Shown in pieces: positions 40,933 to 53,486 of a stretch of 64,000 bases of DNA; position 1 is the first letter of the stretch, and every line of letters starts with the position of its first letter. This stretch comes from Trichosphaerium sp. ATCC 40318. Lineage: Eukaryota > Protista > Tubulinea. The stretch is taken from the NCBI GenBank assembly GCA_038496445.1, contig JALMLS010000423.1:62001-126000 (forward strand). The letters are read 5' to 3'. A program made the position numbers and the translations under genes. The notes under the pieces are model-generated. The model did not search any database. It was not told where the DNA came from and worked only from the letters and a program-made list of their open reading frames with translations.

Positions 40933-41997
40933 GTTTGACTTGATGCTGTATTGCGTTATTTGTAATGTGCAACGTAGCAAGGTTACGTTATGTGGTCTTT
41001 ATAAGTATTTCCACTAAAATATTTGGGCGAAATACAGCGGATCTCTGAAGCAACCAAATCTTGAACAAACTGCACTTAAACAAACCGAAAACTGACATTA
41101 CGTATGTACAGTGCCAAAACAGGTCTAGGCATTACCTTATACGCCTACATACTAATAAATTACGCTATTATTGTTACAACTAACGCTACGTATCTCTCCA
41201 CGCGTTTTCATCTTTCACGTGCCCTTCAACGTTTCTGATGGCGACTTACACTCATTTAAACTCGTATAAGAACCTTTGCACGTTTTGTATGTCTAAACCG
41301 CTTTCTTTTCGTTGTATTCTTAGGTAGCTGGTGTTTAAAGCACCCAAAGTCATTTGCGACACTCAGTTGCGCTACCATCGCCCTAGCAGCAATCTTGACC
41401 ATTATATTACGGTTGCCCGCTGTTCGATTTTTACAGAACTCCTAAACCTGCTCGCAATGAGATTCGTAATGCTGCTCCTACCACCTCCCTACGCCTCTGC
41501 TTTCCATCTAATGATATGGAAACCATTTGTTTGATGTCGCTTCTTTGTTTCAGCGGCATACTAAAACCACTGCAATCACGTGATATTTGCATAGATAAAA
41601 GCTGGAACAGGTTTTGATTAATTTGTTAAATGCAAACCCACTCTACGTTCCATATTCCAACTACATTGCTTGCTATGACTGATCTAGAATCTTACGATAG
41701 CACTTTAGAGAAACCATAGATTTCGGATTGATTGATAAAAGAAAAGGAACGTGTTTCTGAAAAGTGCACATATGACAAATACCTCAAATGCACATCAATT
41801 GGTAGAGTATTAACTGAATACTTGCATGAATAAAAGGCGGCTCTGAAAGGGTACTGCATACCAAAGAGAGTAAGTACACTTCTCTTACATAGTATCGTTT
41901 CTTTATTTGTACACCTTCAAAAAAGCCTAATCAAAAACTAGCTGTTGGTATCATAGCTCAACAACTAGAATCATAACGCTAAATTTGCCTTGCTGGT

Positions 41998-42762
41998 TTA
42001 AATCATCAATATGTGCAATGTATGAACACCAGACAGTGCCCTTATACCATCATCTGTAACACGTCCACAAAAGCTCATCGAAATAGTATGAACTCCAGAT
42101 AGCGCTTTGATGCCATCATCTGTTACACTACAGCCACATAATGTAATAGAATGAACGCCAGCTAGCGCTTTAATACCCTCATCTGTCACTTGTTTGCAAT
42201 TGCTTAGCTTAATTTTATGTACACTAGCCAGCGCTTTAATACCATCATCTGTAACTTGTTGACAATTTCGTAAGTCAATTGTGTGGACACCAGACAACGC
42301 TTTAATACCCTTATCTGTCACAGATGCATTCCATAATATGATCTTGTGTATTCCGGCAAGTTGTACGAGGTGATCATCAGTAACATTCTCACAACTACGA
42401 AAGTCAATGCTGTTAACAATGTTGAGGTTTGTAAAATCAACATTGAGCATGTCATTTTTTCTTATTTTTAGATCATAAACTCCTTGCAGATACTTGAAAT
42501 GCTTTTGTTTGATAGAGAATCGAAGAATAATCTTATTCGTGTGTATGAGGTGTGGTTGTTTTTTGAAAAGCTCTTTGAGCTTTTTAGCCGTTTTAAGGAC
42601 AATTGTCCTTCTGCTCACGTATCCCATGTGCTGTGTTGCGATATTTGATATCAATTTCGATGTGTGAACAACTGAGTGCATAGTTAGGAGCGAAACATAC
42701 CGCAGAATATGAACAACGACTTCAATAGGTATTTCATCAAAGAATGCGCTGTTTTCGTTCAT
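41998..42762 (-). CDS. Intronless F-box/LRR protein
   Basis: FDEIPIEVVVHILRYV..VVHTSKLISNI F-box, then the shared cap and about 6 LRRs. Confidence 0.82.
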   Translation of the reverse strand: MNENSAFFDEIPIEVVVHILRYVSLLTMHSVVHTSKLISNIATQHMGYVSRRTIVLKTAKKLKELFKKQPHLIHTNKIILRFSIKQKHFKYLQGVYDLKIRKNDMLNVDFTNLNIVNSIDFRSCENVTDDHLVQLAGIHKIILWNASVTDKGIKALSGVHTIDLRNCQQVTDDGIKALASVHKIKLSNCKQVTDEGIKALAGVHSITLCGCSVTDDGIKALSGVHTISMSFCGRVTDDGIRALSGVHTLHILMI

Positions 42763-42949
42763 TCTTTGTTTACTACACCATAGAATATAGTTTGGTAAAG
42801 ATCAATCGTTCAATAGCTCGTGTACACAGTAAGTGCGAATAATATTAACAACTAAGCAATAAACAGCAAAGGCTAAGGCATTCATTGAATAAAACAGATC
42901 TCACAAAAACAAAATTGCCTCGTTTCACCCACCAAATAAAGGACATCAA

Positions 42950-43330
42950 CTTTGTTTATTGCTCAATGTTCCAAGTACATTCTGCAGCAATAGCTCCATC
43001 TGTAGCGCAAGTACACCTGGTGAGGGTAGCTGAACGCCTGATAGTGCCACAATTCCTTTATCTGTGATACTATGACAGTGGATTAAACACCTGAAATTGC
43101 ATGTACACCTCATCCGTAATACGAACAATGAAAGATCTATAGTGTGAACATTTAAAAGTGCTTGATATGCTCATCTGTAACAGTACAATCAAGAGTACGC
43201 CAGAAAGTAATTTGATAGCCTGTCCATAAAAGTCGATTGTACGAACATCTTGAATACATGTCCGTCAATAACATACACCAGCGATAGACGTGGGAGTTTC
43301 CAGCCATTAAGCCACAAGCTTTATGTATAA
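42950..43330 (-). pseudogene. Decayed LRR gene of the same family
   Basis: Frameshifted pieces DVRTIDF, IKLLSGV, CTVTDEHIKH, NVHTIDLS, ITDE, HCHSITDKGIVALSGV. Confidence 0.7.
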
Positions 43331-43420
43331 GGAATAGTCGATAGAAATTTAAAGCTTGGCTCAGTAACAACAAGTAACCTGAGGAACCAGCGCTGCCACA
43401 ATACATTTTTAACAGTCTGA

Positions 43421-46400
43421 ATGATACTAAAAGTACATACAGTAGTCCTTTACTTAATACTGGCTTGCGCTAGCGCCCAAATGGCAAACGTTACAATTTA
43501 TAACGGCCAAACAGGTTATTTCTCTTCAAGTGTTATTTCCTCGCTTGCACTAATGCTAGTCATTTCGTAGGCACCCTAGAACGCGATTTTCAGAGTTGGT
43601 CAGGGTCTTCTGTCAATCTAAAAGACACAACGGTTCGTTTTTTTATAAACACACTTGAGCACGTGTTTTTTTGGATTTTGACGTGCTTGGTTTTTAGTTT
43701 GTTAAACAAGGTGGCAAGTATTCGTTGAGTTTTGACCCTCTTGTTACAACACTGACGCTTCATGGTAACTTTGTCGCAGAAATGAAGTATCTCACTGATC
43801 TTACTTTCTGGTACGAAGCACAAAGACCACTCCGTTATATTTATTAACTGTTGTTACTTTGTTGACTCTCCTGTAGGATAAGCGGTGGAAGTCCAGGTGG
43901 ACAAGACCTTAATTTGGAGCTCAACGGAGGCAAAGGTTTGTCTAGTTTCAAAATTACTTTTAACATGATTTTATATCTAGTTGGTAAAGTATTGACCCTG
44001 TCTAACGTTATTGGTAATAAGCTACCTGGAAATACATGGTTGAAAGGTACTTGTAATCGCTCAGTTTTTTGTTTAGAAGAAAAGAAATGTGCTGTTTTAA
44101 GGGCCCTTAAACACAAAGTGTTCAGGACATAAAAGTTAACAATTTGCAGTTTCATTTCCTTTCGCAAAATTTGGAGTTGAAGATGAAAACGCTGTTCTAT
44201 TCTCTCTTTCATTCATGCCCTCTTCTGTACGTATCAAAGTGTTAGTTGTAAATTATAAAAAGTCTATTCGCTTACGAGTGCATAAGGGGAGTGGTAATTC
44301 AAAAGTTTTTTTCAGCGATATTGGTTTCAGCGTAAATCTGCCAAAAGCGCAACCTGTATTTGTTTCAATTGACAGTTCAGTTTCAAAGCCACTATCACCT
44401 TATATCTTTGGCGTAAACCTGGCAACAGAAGCGCAACTAAATAGCGGAGGCTATACCGTGAATAGATGGGGAGGTGAAGTAAACAGTAGGTACGCTAAAG
44501 AGTGAACAACTTTACCAGCAAAATATAATTGTTCCCTTTGTTAAAGGTATGCATGGAAAATTGATGCTGCTAATATGTGTCACGATCGATTCTTTGAGAA
44601 TACACCTCATCGTACCGCTATGCAAAGTGTAGAAGCTTGGCCTACCAATACAACAGCAGATGAGTTTGTTGATAATTCGACAAGGTAAAACTAAAAAACA
44701 CAGGATTCCTTGCTTTTCTTTAATTCTTTTTTATTGTTTGTACTGATAGTGTCAATAGAATGAATAGTGAGGTTATGTTGTTGACACCAACTATTGGTTG
44801 GCGTGCAATAGATCGACAAATAAGGTACCTAAAGACCATAATCTACGCTGTTTTCAATCTCTTCCAAACTCTTAACTTTTTCGAAAACGGCAAAGTATTA
44901 GTGATTGTTCCACTTTGCATAAGAAAATTTGAGTACATAAAAAACTACGTCTTAGCAAGTTTACGGTTGCCTAGGGTTCTTTTTTTTCTGTGTTTCACTT
45001 TTGTATCGCTAACATTCTTTTATTAGATGTGGCTTCTCCGTTAAAAAATATGGACCTCAACAAAAAGTTGATCCAGAACATCCCGATTGTGGTATTGGTA
45101 TTAAACCTGATGGATCATTCGTTACTGGTAATGATCCACATGATACAAGTGTTGAAACCCCTCCTACATATAATATTGAATGGATAAACCATCTTGACAA
45201 ACTTCATGGAAAAGGTGCTGTGAGATGGTTCGCTCTTGATAATGAACCATGTACGTGTTCTTTCTTATTTTATTCTTACACAATGCCTTCAAAAACGTTC
45301 AATTCCTGGCTGTTCCAATTATTATTATTCTTCCCGTCACTGTTGAGTAAACTATGCAAAAACAAACTCGTTCAAAGTATCCTTTGGATTTATCGTTTCT
45401 CATTTTTTTCGACTAGGCATTTGGAGTGGAACTCATAGAGATGTACATCCTGAACCTCTAACATACGATGAGTAAGATAACATCATATCCTTATATTTAT
45501 CTAATCAAAAATCTAGGCTATGGAATAAGACAGTATCATACGGTGGCCTTCTTAAACAAAACTTTCCGAACTCTACAATCTTTGGACCTGTCACAACGTA
45601 CTGCTTTCTTAATTATCTCTCGTACCAATAGTCAATTAATCTTTGTCTAGGGGTTGGTGCAACTATATGTTCTCTCCAACAGACGGTTGTAAGATAGGCA
45701 AAGACCGTCTAGCTCATGGTAACATGTCTCTAACAGAGTGGTAATAATTTTTTGAATTCTACCAGATGAAATTGTTGCTTCTACGCAAAATGATTTGTCT
45801 ACAAGCAAAACCTGATTTTATTTTACTACGCGAGTAGATGGTTTTACATGCTTCTAAGAAAATTGGAGTTGCTGTGCATTTCTATTCTTTGGTAACAGAA
45901 GTTCGTTTTAGGTACATTTATAAGATTGCTGAACATAAAAAATCAACAGGAATGCAGATTGTTGATGTAATAGATATACATACATACCCTTATGTAATCC
46001 CATTTCAGAACGATGATTTGGATCCCGTCACAACATTCCTCAGATTCAGGTACCTGAACAACGTCTAACAACAAATAAGAAAATCAAGAATCACGTGTTC
46101 TTCATCTGTACACGTGTAATCGCTTAAATCTCTTAGCATCTTTAGAATTCTACCAACAACTCATCTTTTTCATTTTTTTTTTTTCATTCATGAAAACACG
46201 CTTGTTCTTGGGTTCTTAATTAAATAATTGCTATTTAGGGGTACCAGACCACTATGGGATCCTAACTTTACAACAGTGACATGGTTTGTTGAAAAGATAT
46301 ATATCCTTGAAAGGATCAATGGATGGATAAAAAAGCATCTACCTAATCTAAGAACATCCATTTCTGAGTTTAGTTACGGTGGAGATGATCTTATAACGGG

Positions 46401-47128
46401 TGCTTTAACAAATGTTGATGCACTTGGTGTATTTGCTGAAATGGGTTTGTATGCATCAACACGTTGGATTGTACCGAAAGTAGGAACTCTGACAGAGCAA
46501 GCATACTTGATTTATTTGAACTACGATAACAAAGGTAACCACGTGTTTAATTTGAGACTTTTCAAACGCTAGATCAAAGTGTATCACTTTGGTTCCTTTG
46601 GTTGAGCATCTTTTTTATTACTTAAACAAGTAATGAAGAAATACATTGAAGTTAAGGATTATCCATGTTCAACGTTAACGTTAACTTCAATTGTTTAAAC
46701 TAGTTTGCTTTTTTGTTTTTGTTTTTTGCTCTCTTACTTGTTGACTTTGCTTACCTGATTTCTACATTAGGGTCTAGTGTCAGTGGTTATAGTATAAAAG
46801 CCAAATCATCACATATTGATGTTGCAAGTGCATACGCTTTTGTTGATAAGAAAAAATCAAAGATGTTTGTTGTAATGGTTAACAAAAAGAAAGATCCTGT
46901 TCCAATAACCATCGATACTTCAGATGTTACAAGCAACGGACAGGTTAGATTGAAAAATTTTGTGACATCAGCGACGAACTTGTTGAGTTGACTTTGGTTT
47001 AGGTTACTTTATTCCGATTCTCTGAGACAATCCGTCTATCAAATGTTGGTTCGTCAAGTGTTCAAGATGGGTCTTTGAAAGTAACATGTCCTGGATGGTC
47101 AGCTACACTTGCTGTAATAGACTTTTGA
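43421..47128 (+). CDS. Secreted glycoside hydrolase family 44 (endoglucanase/xyloglucanase) with an N-terminal CBM-like domain, intron-rich
   Basis: Signal peptide MILKVHTVVLYLILACASA. PLSPYIFGVN, NRWGG..SRYAW, WFALDNEPGIWSGTHRDVHPEP (acid/base Glu), DVIDIHTYP, TRPLWDP, ISEFSYG (nucleophile Glu), DALGVFAEMGLYASTRW. Stop TGA at 47126-47128. Confidence 0.88.
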
Positions 47129-47502
47129 GATGTTTGAATGCTCAGAAGTCCTTATTGAAATAAATGACTTCCTCTCACTTGGAGGGTGTACTTGATCGGA
47201 ATTGACCTGGCAGTAAATTATTGTAAAATTGCCGGTAAGAAATAAAAGAATTTAGCACTTGTTTTCGTTGTACCATTAATTGGGATTCCCAAATATGGTT
47301 TTTCCCTTACAAGTACTTCATACATTAAAACTCTAATACAGTGATAAGCAATCAGTTCCCCCTTCAGCCTATTCAACACACAAAGATATTATTCATTAAT
47401 TGTCGACGCAGAAAATTCAAAGGATTCTGTATGACTTAAGAAAACGGTTAAGCTTTTTGACAACTTTTATTCGAGAAAACTATTCCATGTAAAGACGCCG
47501 CT

Positions 47503-48724
47503 ATGTCTTCGAAAGAGTCAAAAAGGTTTGATTTCATGCGTAAAAACGTGTTTTAAGTTGTTTTGTAGTTCGTTGGCTTTACTTGATCTACCAATTGAGT
47601 TACACCACGCTATCTGTAACACAGATGAAGAGGCGAATGAGAAATGGCCGTTATTATGCTTTCAAATGGCAGTGACTTCTCGATTTAATAACAACTTGGA
47701 AAAACATGGCTTATTCACGTTTAAACATTTCGGTTATTTCGGCACTATTCGCTGTATTCGTACAACAGCGTTTTATTCGAATGGTATTTTGGAAGGAGAG
47801 CTGAGAAAATACGTTGTTTGGAATTCTGATGCTGAAAACTCATTGATGTTAAAAGCTCACTACAAGAATGGCCTTAAACATGGAGAACGACTTGAGATAC
47901 ACTTCAGGGGTCGTGTTATTAGAGTTACAAGCTCGTGCACAAGCCATTTTAAAGAAGGAAAGTTAATGGCAAGGTTGTAGAGTGGTTTGGCAAGATTGAA
48001 GATAACAAACCACGTGAGGTGTCTTACTACAAAAATGGGTTAAAACACGGAAAACGTGTTTGCTACTACGATGATGGATCTCCTTCATCAGAAACCATTT
48101 ACGTCAATGGTCTAAAAGAACGCATGTATAAAGCATGGCATGAGAGTACCGGAAACCTCCAGACAGAAGCGACATACAAACATGATGTTGTTCAAGAGAG
48201 AAAGAAATGGTATTCAAATGGAACACTTGCGACGCATAATACATATGATATTAATGGAGTCATTGAATGTCATAAGAGGTGGTTTAGAAACGGTCAACAA
48301 AAGGAAGAGTGCCACTACAAACTCGGCAAAAAGAACGGTTACTCAAGAAAATGGTTTGGTTCAGGACAACTTCATTCAGAAGAGTATTTTAAGGATGGTG
48401 TACTTTCTGGTACTTCTAAGTATTATCATGAGTCAGGAGAGCTGAAAATTGAAGAAAATTATATCAAGGGAGTACGTAATGGAGATTTCAGGAGCTAGCA
48501 CCAAAATGGATCAATTCTTGAAGAACAGCAGTGCGACAATGGACTGTTAGTGTAACGATAAGCTAGATGAAGTCTCGAGGATTGGATTCATTGAATACAT
48601 AGAGTATTCACGTGCTTAGAGAGACTCTGAATCATGTAGTTTTGATTTCAGGCTACCTGTGTCACCAACAACAAAAACTGATGCAGATAGTAAGAGTTGT
48701 TGAAGTAAATCATTCCATTTCTAA
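47503..48724 (+). pseudogene. F-box-like + MORN2 repeat gene, copy 3; frameshift near 47965, premature TAG at 48496-48498, deleted 3' part
   Basis: ATG 47503 MSSKESK, 43-nt intron 47526-47568. AAGTTAATGGC versus AAGTTAGATGGC in copy 2. The family tail SFDF..SPTTK.DADSKS and AATAAA are retained near 48640-48740. Confidence 0.82.
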
Positions 48725-48914
48725 TCCAAAAAGAAAATAAACTGTTTCAACTTTTGTATTACATTCTCAGTCATCGTGCCTTATCTCAGGAAACAAAAGT
48801 ACATATAGTTTTGATGATTCCCAATTTATTTAGAGTATCACTACTCTCCTTGGGATACCATAAACCTTTTACAAGTTACACGTGTTTAGCTGAACAAACT
48901 GTCGGTAACAGCAT

Positions 48915-48995
48915 GTGTTGAGTTTGTAAAATCAACATTGAGCATCATTCTTTTTATTTTTAGAGTACACTCCTTGTGGGTACTTGAAATGCATA
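48915..48995 (-). pseudogene. Short relic of the LRR-family cap
   Basis: TGTTGAG..TTTGTAAAATCAACATTGAGCAT...ACTCCTTG..TACTTGAAATGC matches about 42420-42502 (HFKYLQGV..MLNVDFTNLN) with deletions. Confidence 0.65.
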
Positions 48996-49152
48996 ATACT
49001 ACCTATTTTAGTAATATAATGCAACTGGGGACTTGGGTTGAAATATATATCTTCACAAGAAACAAAAGACGTGCATACAACAAATGTTTCACATAAAAAT
49101 AATTCTATTCTTTTTTTTTTACACTACTGAAACAATTCTTTCTCGTTCGCTG

Positions 49153-52015
49153 TTATTCTGGCATAAATTGTGCAGCCATCTTCATCATCTTATTAGCCAT
49201 ACGCTGTCTAGCCTCCTCAGCCTCCAACCGAGCTTGTTTTTCTTCAGCCAAGGCAACTTCAAGTTCAGCAACACGTCTTCGTAAAGCAAGTAATTCTTCG
49301 GATTCTTTATCATCCTAGTTTAACGTTTCAATAAAAAATTGCTTATCCACAACACGTGAGCTATAAATAGAAACGTACGCGGAAAATTGACATTGTTGGT
49401 GTTGATTGTGATAGAGGAATAGGTCTTGCAGAGTTATCATTAACTGCATCCAACACTGTTGTACGCAATTTAGTGAGTTCTTCTGGATGTATTGAAAAAC
49501 CACTATATTTCCTAGGTCGTCCTTTGTCGCTAGTACCCTAAAAAGTAATATTAGTTATATACCATGTATGTGCATGAGTAGGTGTACTCACATTTCCATT
49601 TTGCTTATCTCCGCCTCTTGCAGGACTTGTAAATGACCTCTTCACTAGTTGATTAAGTTAGGTAAAAAGTAGTGTTAAGTTTTTCTGTGATAAACAAAGA
49701 CGTACTATGCTTTGGAGGAGCCTTTGGTGGTTGTGATACTTTTGGAATGTTTCTATTAGATAAAAATGACCTTGGCTGTGTAGGTTTCGGAGGAGAAGCA
49801 GCTATTGTAGGTCTTCGTACACCAATCGCTTTTCTTCAAAGTTAACAATTAAGCCTTATTTTTCAAAAAAAAATTTCTTTAGAACTTAAAAAATATGCGT
49901 ACACATTTTAGATGGCCTACGATGTCCTCCAGAAGAAGAAGAAGATCTATTACGTCTTCCACGAACAGAAAGTGATCCTTTAACAAAACCAGGTGCTTTA
50001 TCTCTTGACTCAGTTTTCCATGAAGGAGTAGGTTCATTTGGAACAGCAGGTCTCATAGCATTACTCAATGTGTTCGAGCGTCTACAAACATAATTAAAAA
50101 CGTGCGTATGCTAACCAAGTACTAAGTATCCGTTGGTTTACCTTATACTACTCAGCAAAGTTGGTGGTGTGAGACTCCCTGCAGCTCCAGGCTAGGACAT
50201 TCTTTGTTATTTTCAAGGATATTTTGAGTTGAAACAACATTAAAGAGAAGTGATAACGTACTGTTGGTATTTTCTCTAATTTTGGTGTTTGCAACACGCG
50301 CTGCTTTGGTGACTTTTTCGAAGATTTATTTCCGCTAGTTTGTGCTCTTAAAGTCTTTAATTTCTCCTCAACATATTCAGGTGAAGATGTATCCGGCTCT
50401 GCTGATTTTGCTCTTTCCAGAATTCTAACATATTTTGGTGCATTTCCCTAACATATAATGTTAATATGAGCAACTATTTTACTAGAAAACAGCTCATGTT
50501 TTAGTCAAACATGTTAGTGAAATAATAAATTTGCATGTAAGAGAATGGTAAAATAGTAAACCAAAAAACATTGTTTTCGTGGGTTTTTTTTGTTCATTCG
50601 CTCGTACGAGAAGCATTCTAACAACTGAACTACTTGTCTTTGCTCCGGTTATAAAAGCTTGAGAACTCTCGTCTTTATTTGATAAGAGGGCTGGACCGAA
50701 TACCATCGCTAAGTTATCAACAGTCATTTTGTTCTAAGTCACATAAATAAATCACGTGTTATGTAAAAAACAAAAGACTTGTTTTGGCTGTAGTCTTTTA
50801 TGGTTAAGTTTCCATGGTTGCTGGCGCATTGTTAATCTACGTACGACCTCTGATTCCTTTGAGACATTTGATAAAAAGTTGATAAGATGAGATAATGCTA
50901 ATTGATTATATTTAGGTAGTGCTTGGAGTCTCTTTCCAAGTTCTTCAGTGCTCAGCGCTAAAATAAAATAAGCACTTTCGACTTTCTTTTTTGCATTACT
51001 TACACCCAGTTTTATCTCTTAAACACTGTTCGTATAAATCATATGTCATAAGTGGTTCTGGTAACTCTCTCAACCATAATTTTAAAATACCTCCCACACC
51101 ATGCGCATCAGATCTAGACATTTCTGGGTTTTCTCCTATATTTGTTTTGTTTAGGTTAAAAGACATGTTTTTTATTATCTTACCTGAATTAAAGCTCTCT
51201 TTGAGCTGGCGTATAGTACTAGCTGCGCCTGGAACTCGGAATAATCCTTCAGTATCAAGCTCTAAGAGTGTTACACGAATGGTAGAAGAATTTTTTGTTC
51301 TGAACTGTACTTTCTGACAGTATTTTTGTTGTTAGACTAAGTATCTTCGGAACATCTTCACCGTGATCTCTCTTTTTTCAAATTAATTAATTAAAATAAT
51401 CATACTAACCGTTGTGAGTGTAAAAGACTTACCGTTGACAACAAGGTTTTTAATTTGACGCCAAAAGTAATCTTAGAGAAATCGACTGTCTTTTAACAAT
51501 ATTAGATGCGTGTTGATGCAAAATGACGACGAAGAATATAAAAAAACATACTGCTGCCTGTAAACGTGTTGCCCAATCGTGTCTCTCTTGATCACTTTCT
51601 GCAATTAAAATATATATACTTCTCTTTGTACCCAAACTGTTCGCTGATGGATGCAACTCAAATGAATGATCTCTTCCGTTTGTATTTGTGTATACAATAG
51701 AGTATGTGTCCAATGCAATGCACCCTTTAGGTGATGTAGACTACAGTGGTTTATAAATAAGAGCGAGCAATAACGATGTCATTTACCTTTGAATTAAGGT
51801 AGTACCACAAGAAGTGATCTTTCAGAACAAAATATCGTCGGTACTCTGGCGTTAATTCTCCGTTTTTAATGGAACGTTTCTGTAAGTATCCTTTCTTTTT
51901 TGTGTCTGTAAGAGATTCAAGAGGCACCTATAAAATCAAATTAACGTTCAGCCACACTGCCTTAGACAACGCACTTGACGTAAGAATTTGATAGGGTATA
52001 AACAAAAATAACCAT
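49153..52015 (-). CDS. PH + RhoGAP protein with a Pro/Ser-rich region and C-terminal coiled coil; start approximate
   Basis: PH: KKGYLQKR..RRYFVLKDHFLWYY..PKGCIAL..YILIAESDQERHDW. GAP: TEGLFRVPG (Arg finger), LKLWLRELPEPL, NKMTVDNLAMVFGPALL. Ends ..AAQFMPE, stop at 49153-49155. Confidence 0.88.
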
Positions 52016-53486
52016 TTTCAGGGAACTCTTGCTCATGCAAAGACAGATTGGAGTTAAGAAATTGTTTCTCTAGTAGCGGTTAATTATATCAAAACGGTTG
52101 GTAGCATTATTGCCATTTTAAGTATTTTCGCACGTGATTTTTGGAACTACCACACGCAACATAAAAAACACAAAAATTTGCGCTACTAAAAAAACCGTTG
52201 GAAGTAAAAAGAACTGATCACGTGCGCCAAAAAAATAAAAACAAAAAAAGAGAAGTAGAAAACAATACCATCCACTTTATCACGCGTCAGTAGCACTGCA
52301 CGGTAGCTGTAACCGTGTTTCTCTTGCGGTATTTCTTTTTTAGCCAATAAGCGCTTAACAAACTCGTGTATAGGGTCATGATAGTTAACACTAATGATTC
52401 TATGTTAGGAACAAAAAAAAAAGAAATAAATACGTTAACCAAAAAAGCATAATGCGGTTCCGGGTTAGCACTAACATAAAAAGAGCGTAGCGCTCTACAA
52501 GCGGAAACTACCAATTCCTTTTGATAGTGGATACGTACCTTACTGTAGTACAACTTGATTTAGCTTGGTTGATAGCAATAGGGAAGCTCGTAGCGACGAC
52601 AATATTGAGCGTTTCTGGTTTATATTTTAAAATAATACAATCCTGTATTGTAGAGTTTGTAAGTTGTTGCTCAGCGATCGTTCGGGTGTTTATGGGTTGA
52701 AAAACCCATAAAAAATAATAATAAAATGGTTTTGGTTTAAAACTGGTTTTGCGCTACACAGGCTGAAAATCGTACCCCGTCTATCAGTTCAAGCGATGAC
52801 AATGGTTGTTCCTGTTCCATATAAACACCTCCTTTTGAAATGGGCGAAGATGCCCTTTTTGGCCATGGTATGAACACTGTATAAATGTTGGGGCTATCTA
52901 TGTCGGCTGTAGCCAAAATCTCTTCAGTAATACGGCTACAAACATGTAAAAACTACTAAACGCCATATAATTAAGACCAATACGCTACTCACGTTGCGCT
53001 GAAGTGTTTTGGGAACGACCATGTTTTGTACCCTTCACTGTTGAAGAAGCGCACTTTGAGCGACAACATCTGGTATCAGAGATGCTATGATGGCTGCAAG
53101 GGCAAGTCTAAACAAAGAAGCGGTGCACATTTTTGTTTTGGTATAGTTGCCAAGAGCAGGCAAGTCTCACTGTCGTGCTCTACGGCCCGTATAGCACAAC
53201 GCAGATCAATAAAACTCTTACAACCTTCAAAAGTATCCTCGCTAGTATCAACTAACTACAAACGCACGAGAAACAGCGTTTGACAACTGTGTAAAACAAA
53301 CTGTCGAAAGTACTGGCATTTTTGGGTTTTCAGTACAACAACGTATAGTTGGTCGTACAATGGTACCACGCTTGTTGTCCGAAGATTGTTTCTAATTTCG
53401 GTAGCGCATTACTTAAAGCGTAATTTGACCAACAACAAACAAACTTCCAGGTGTAACACATACCCCCACCAAGTGTACTGACAACC

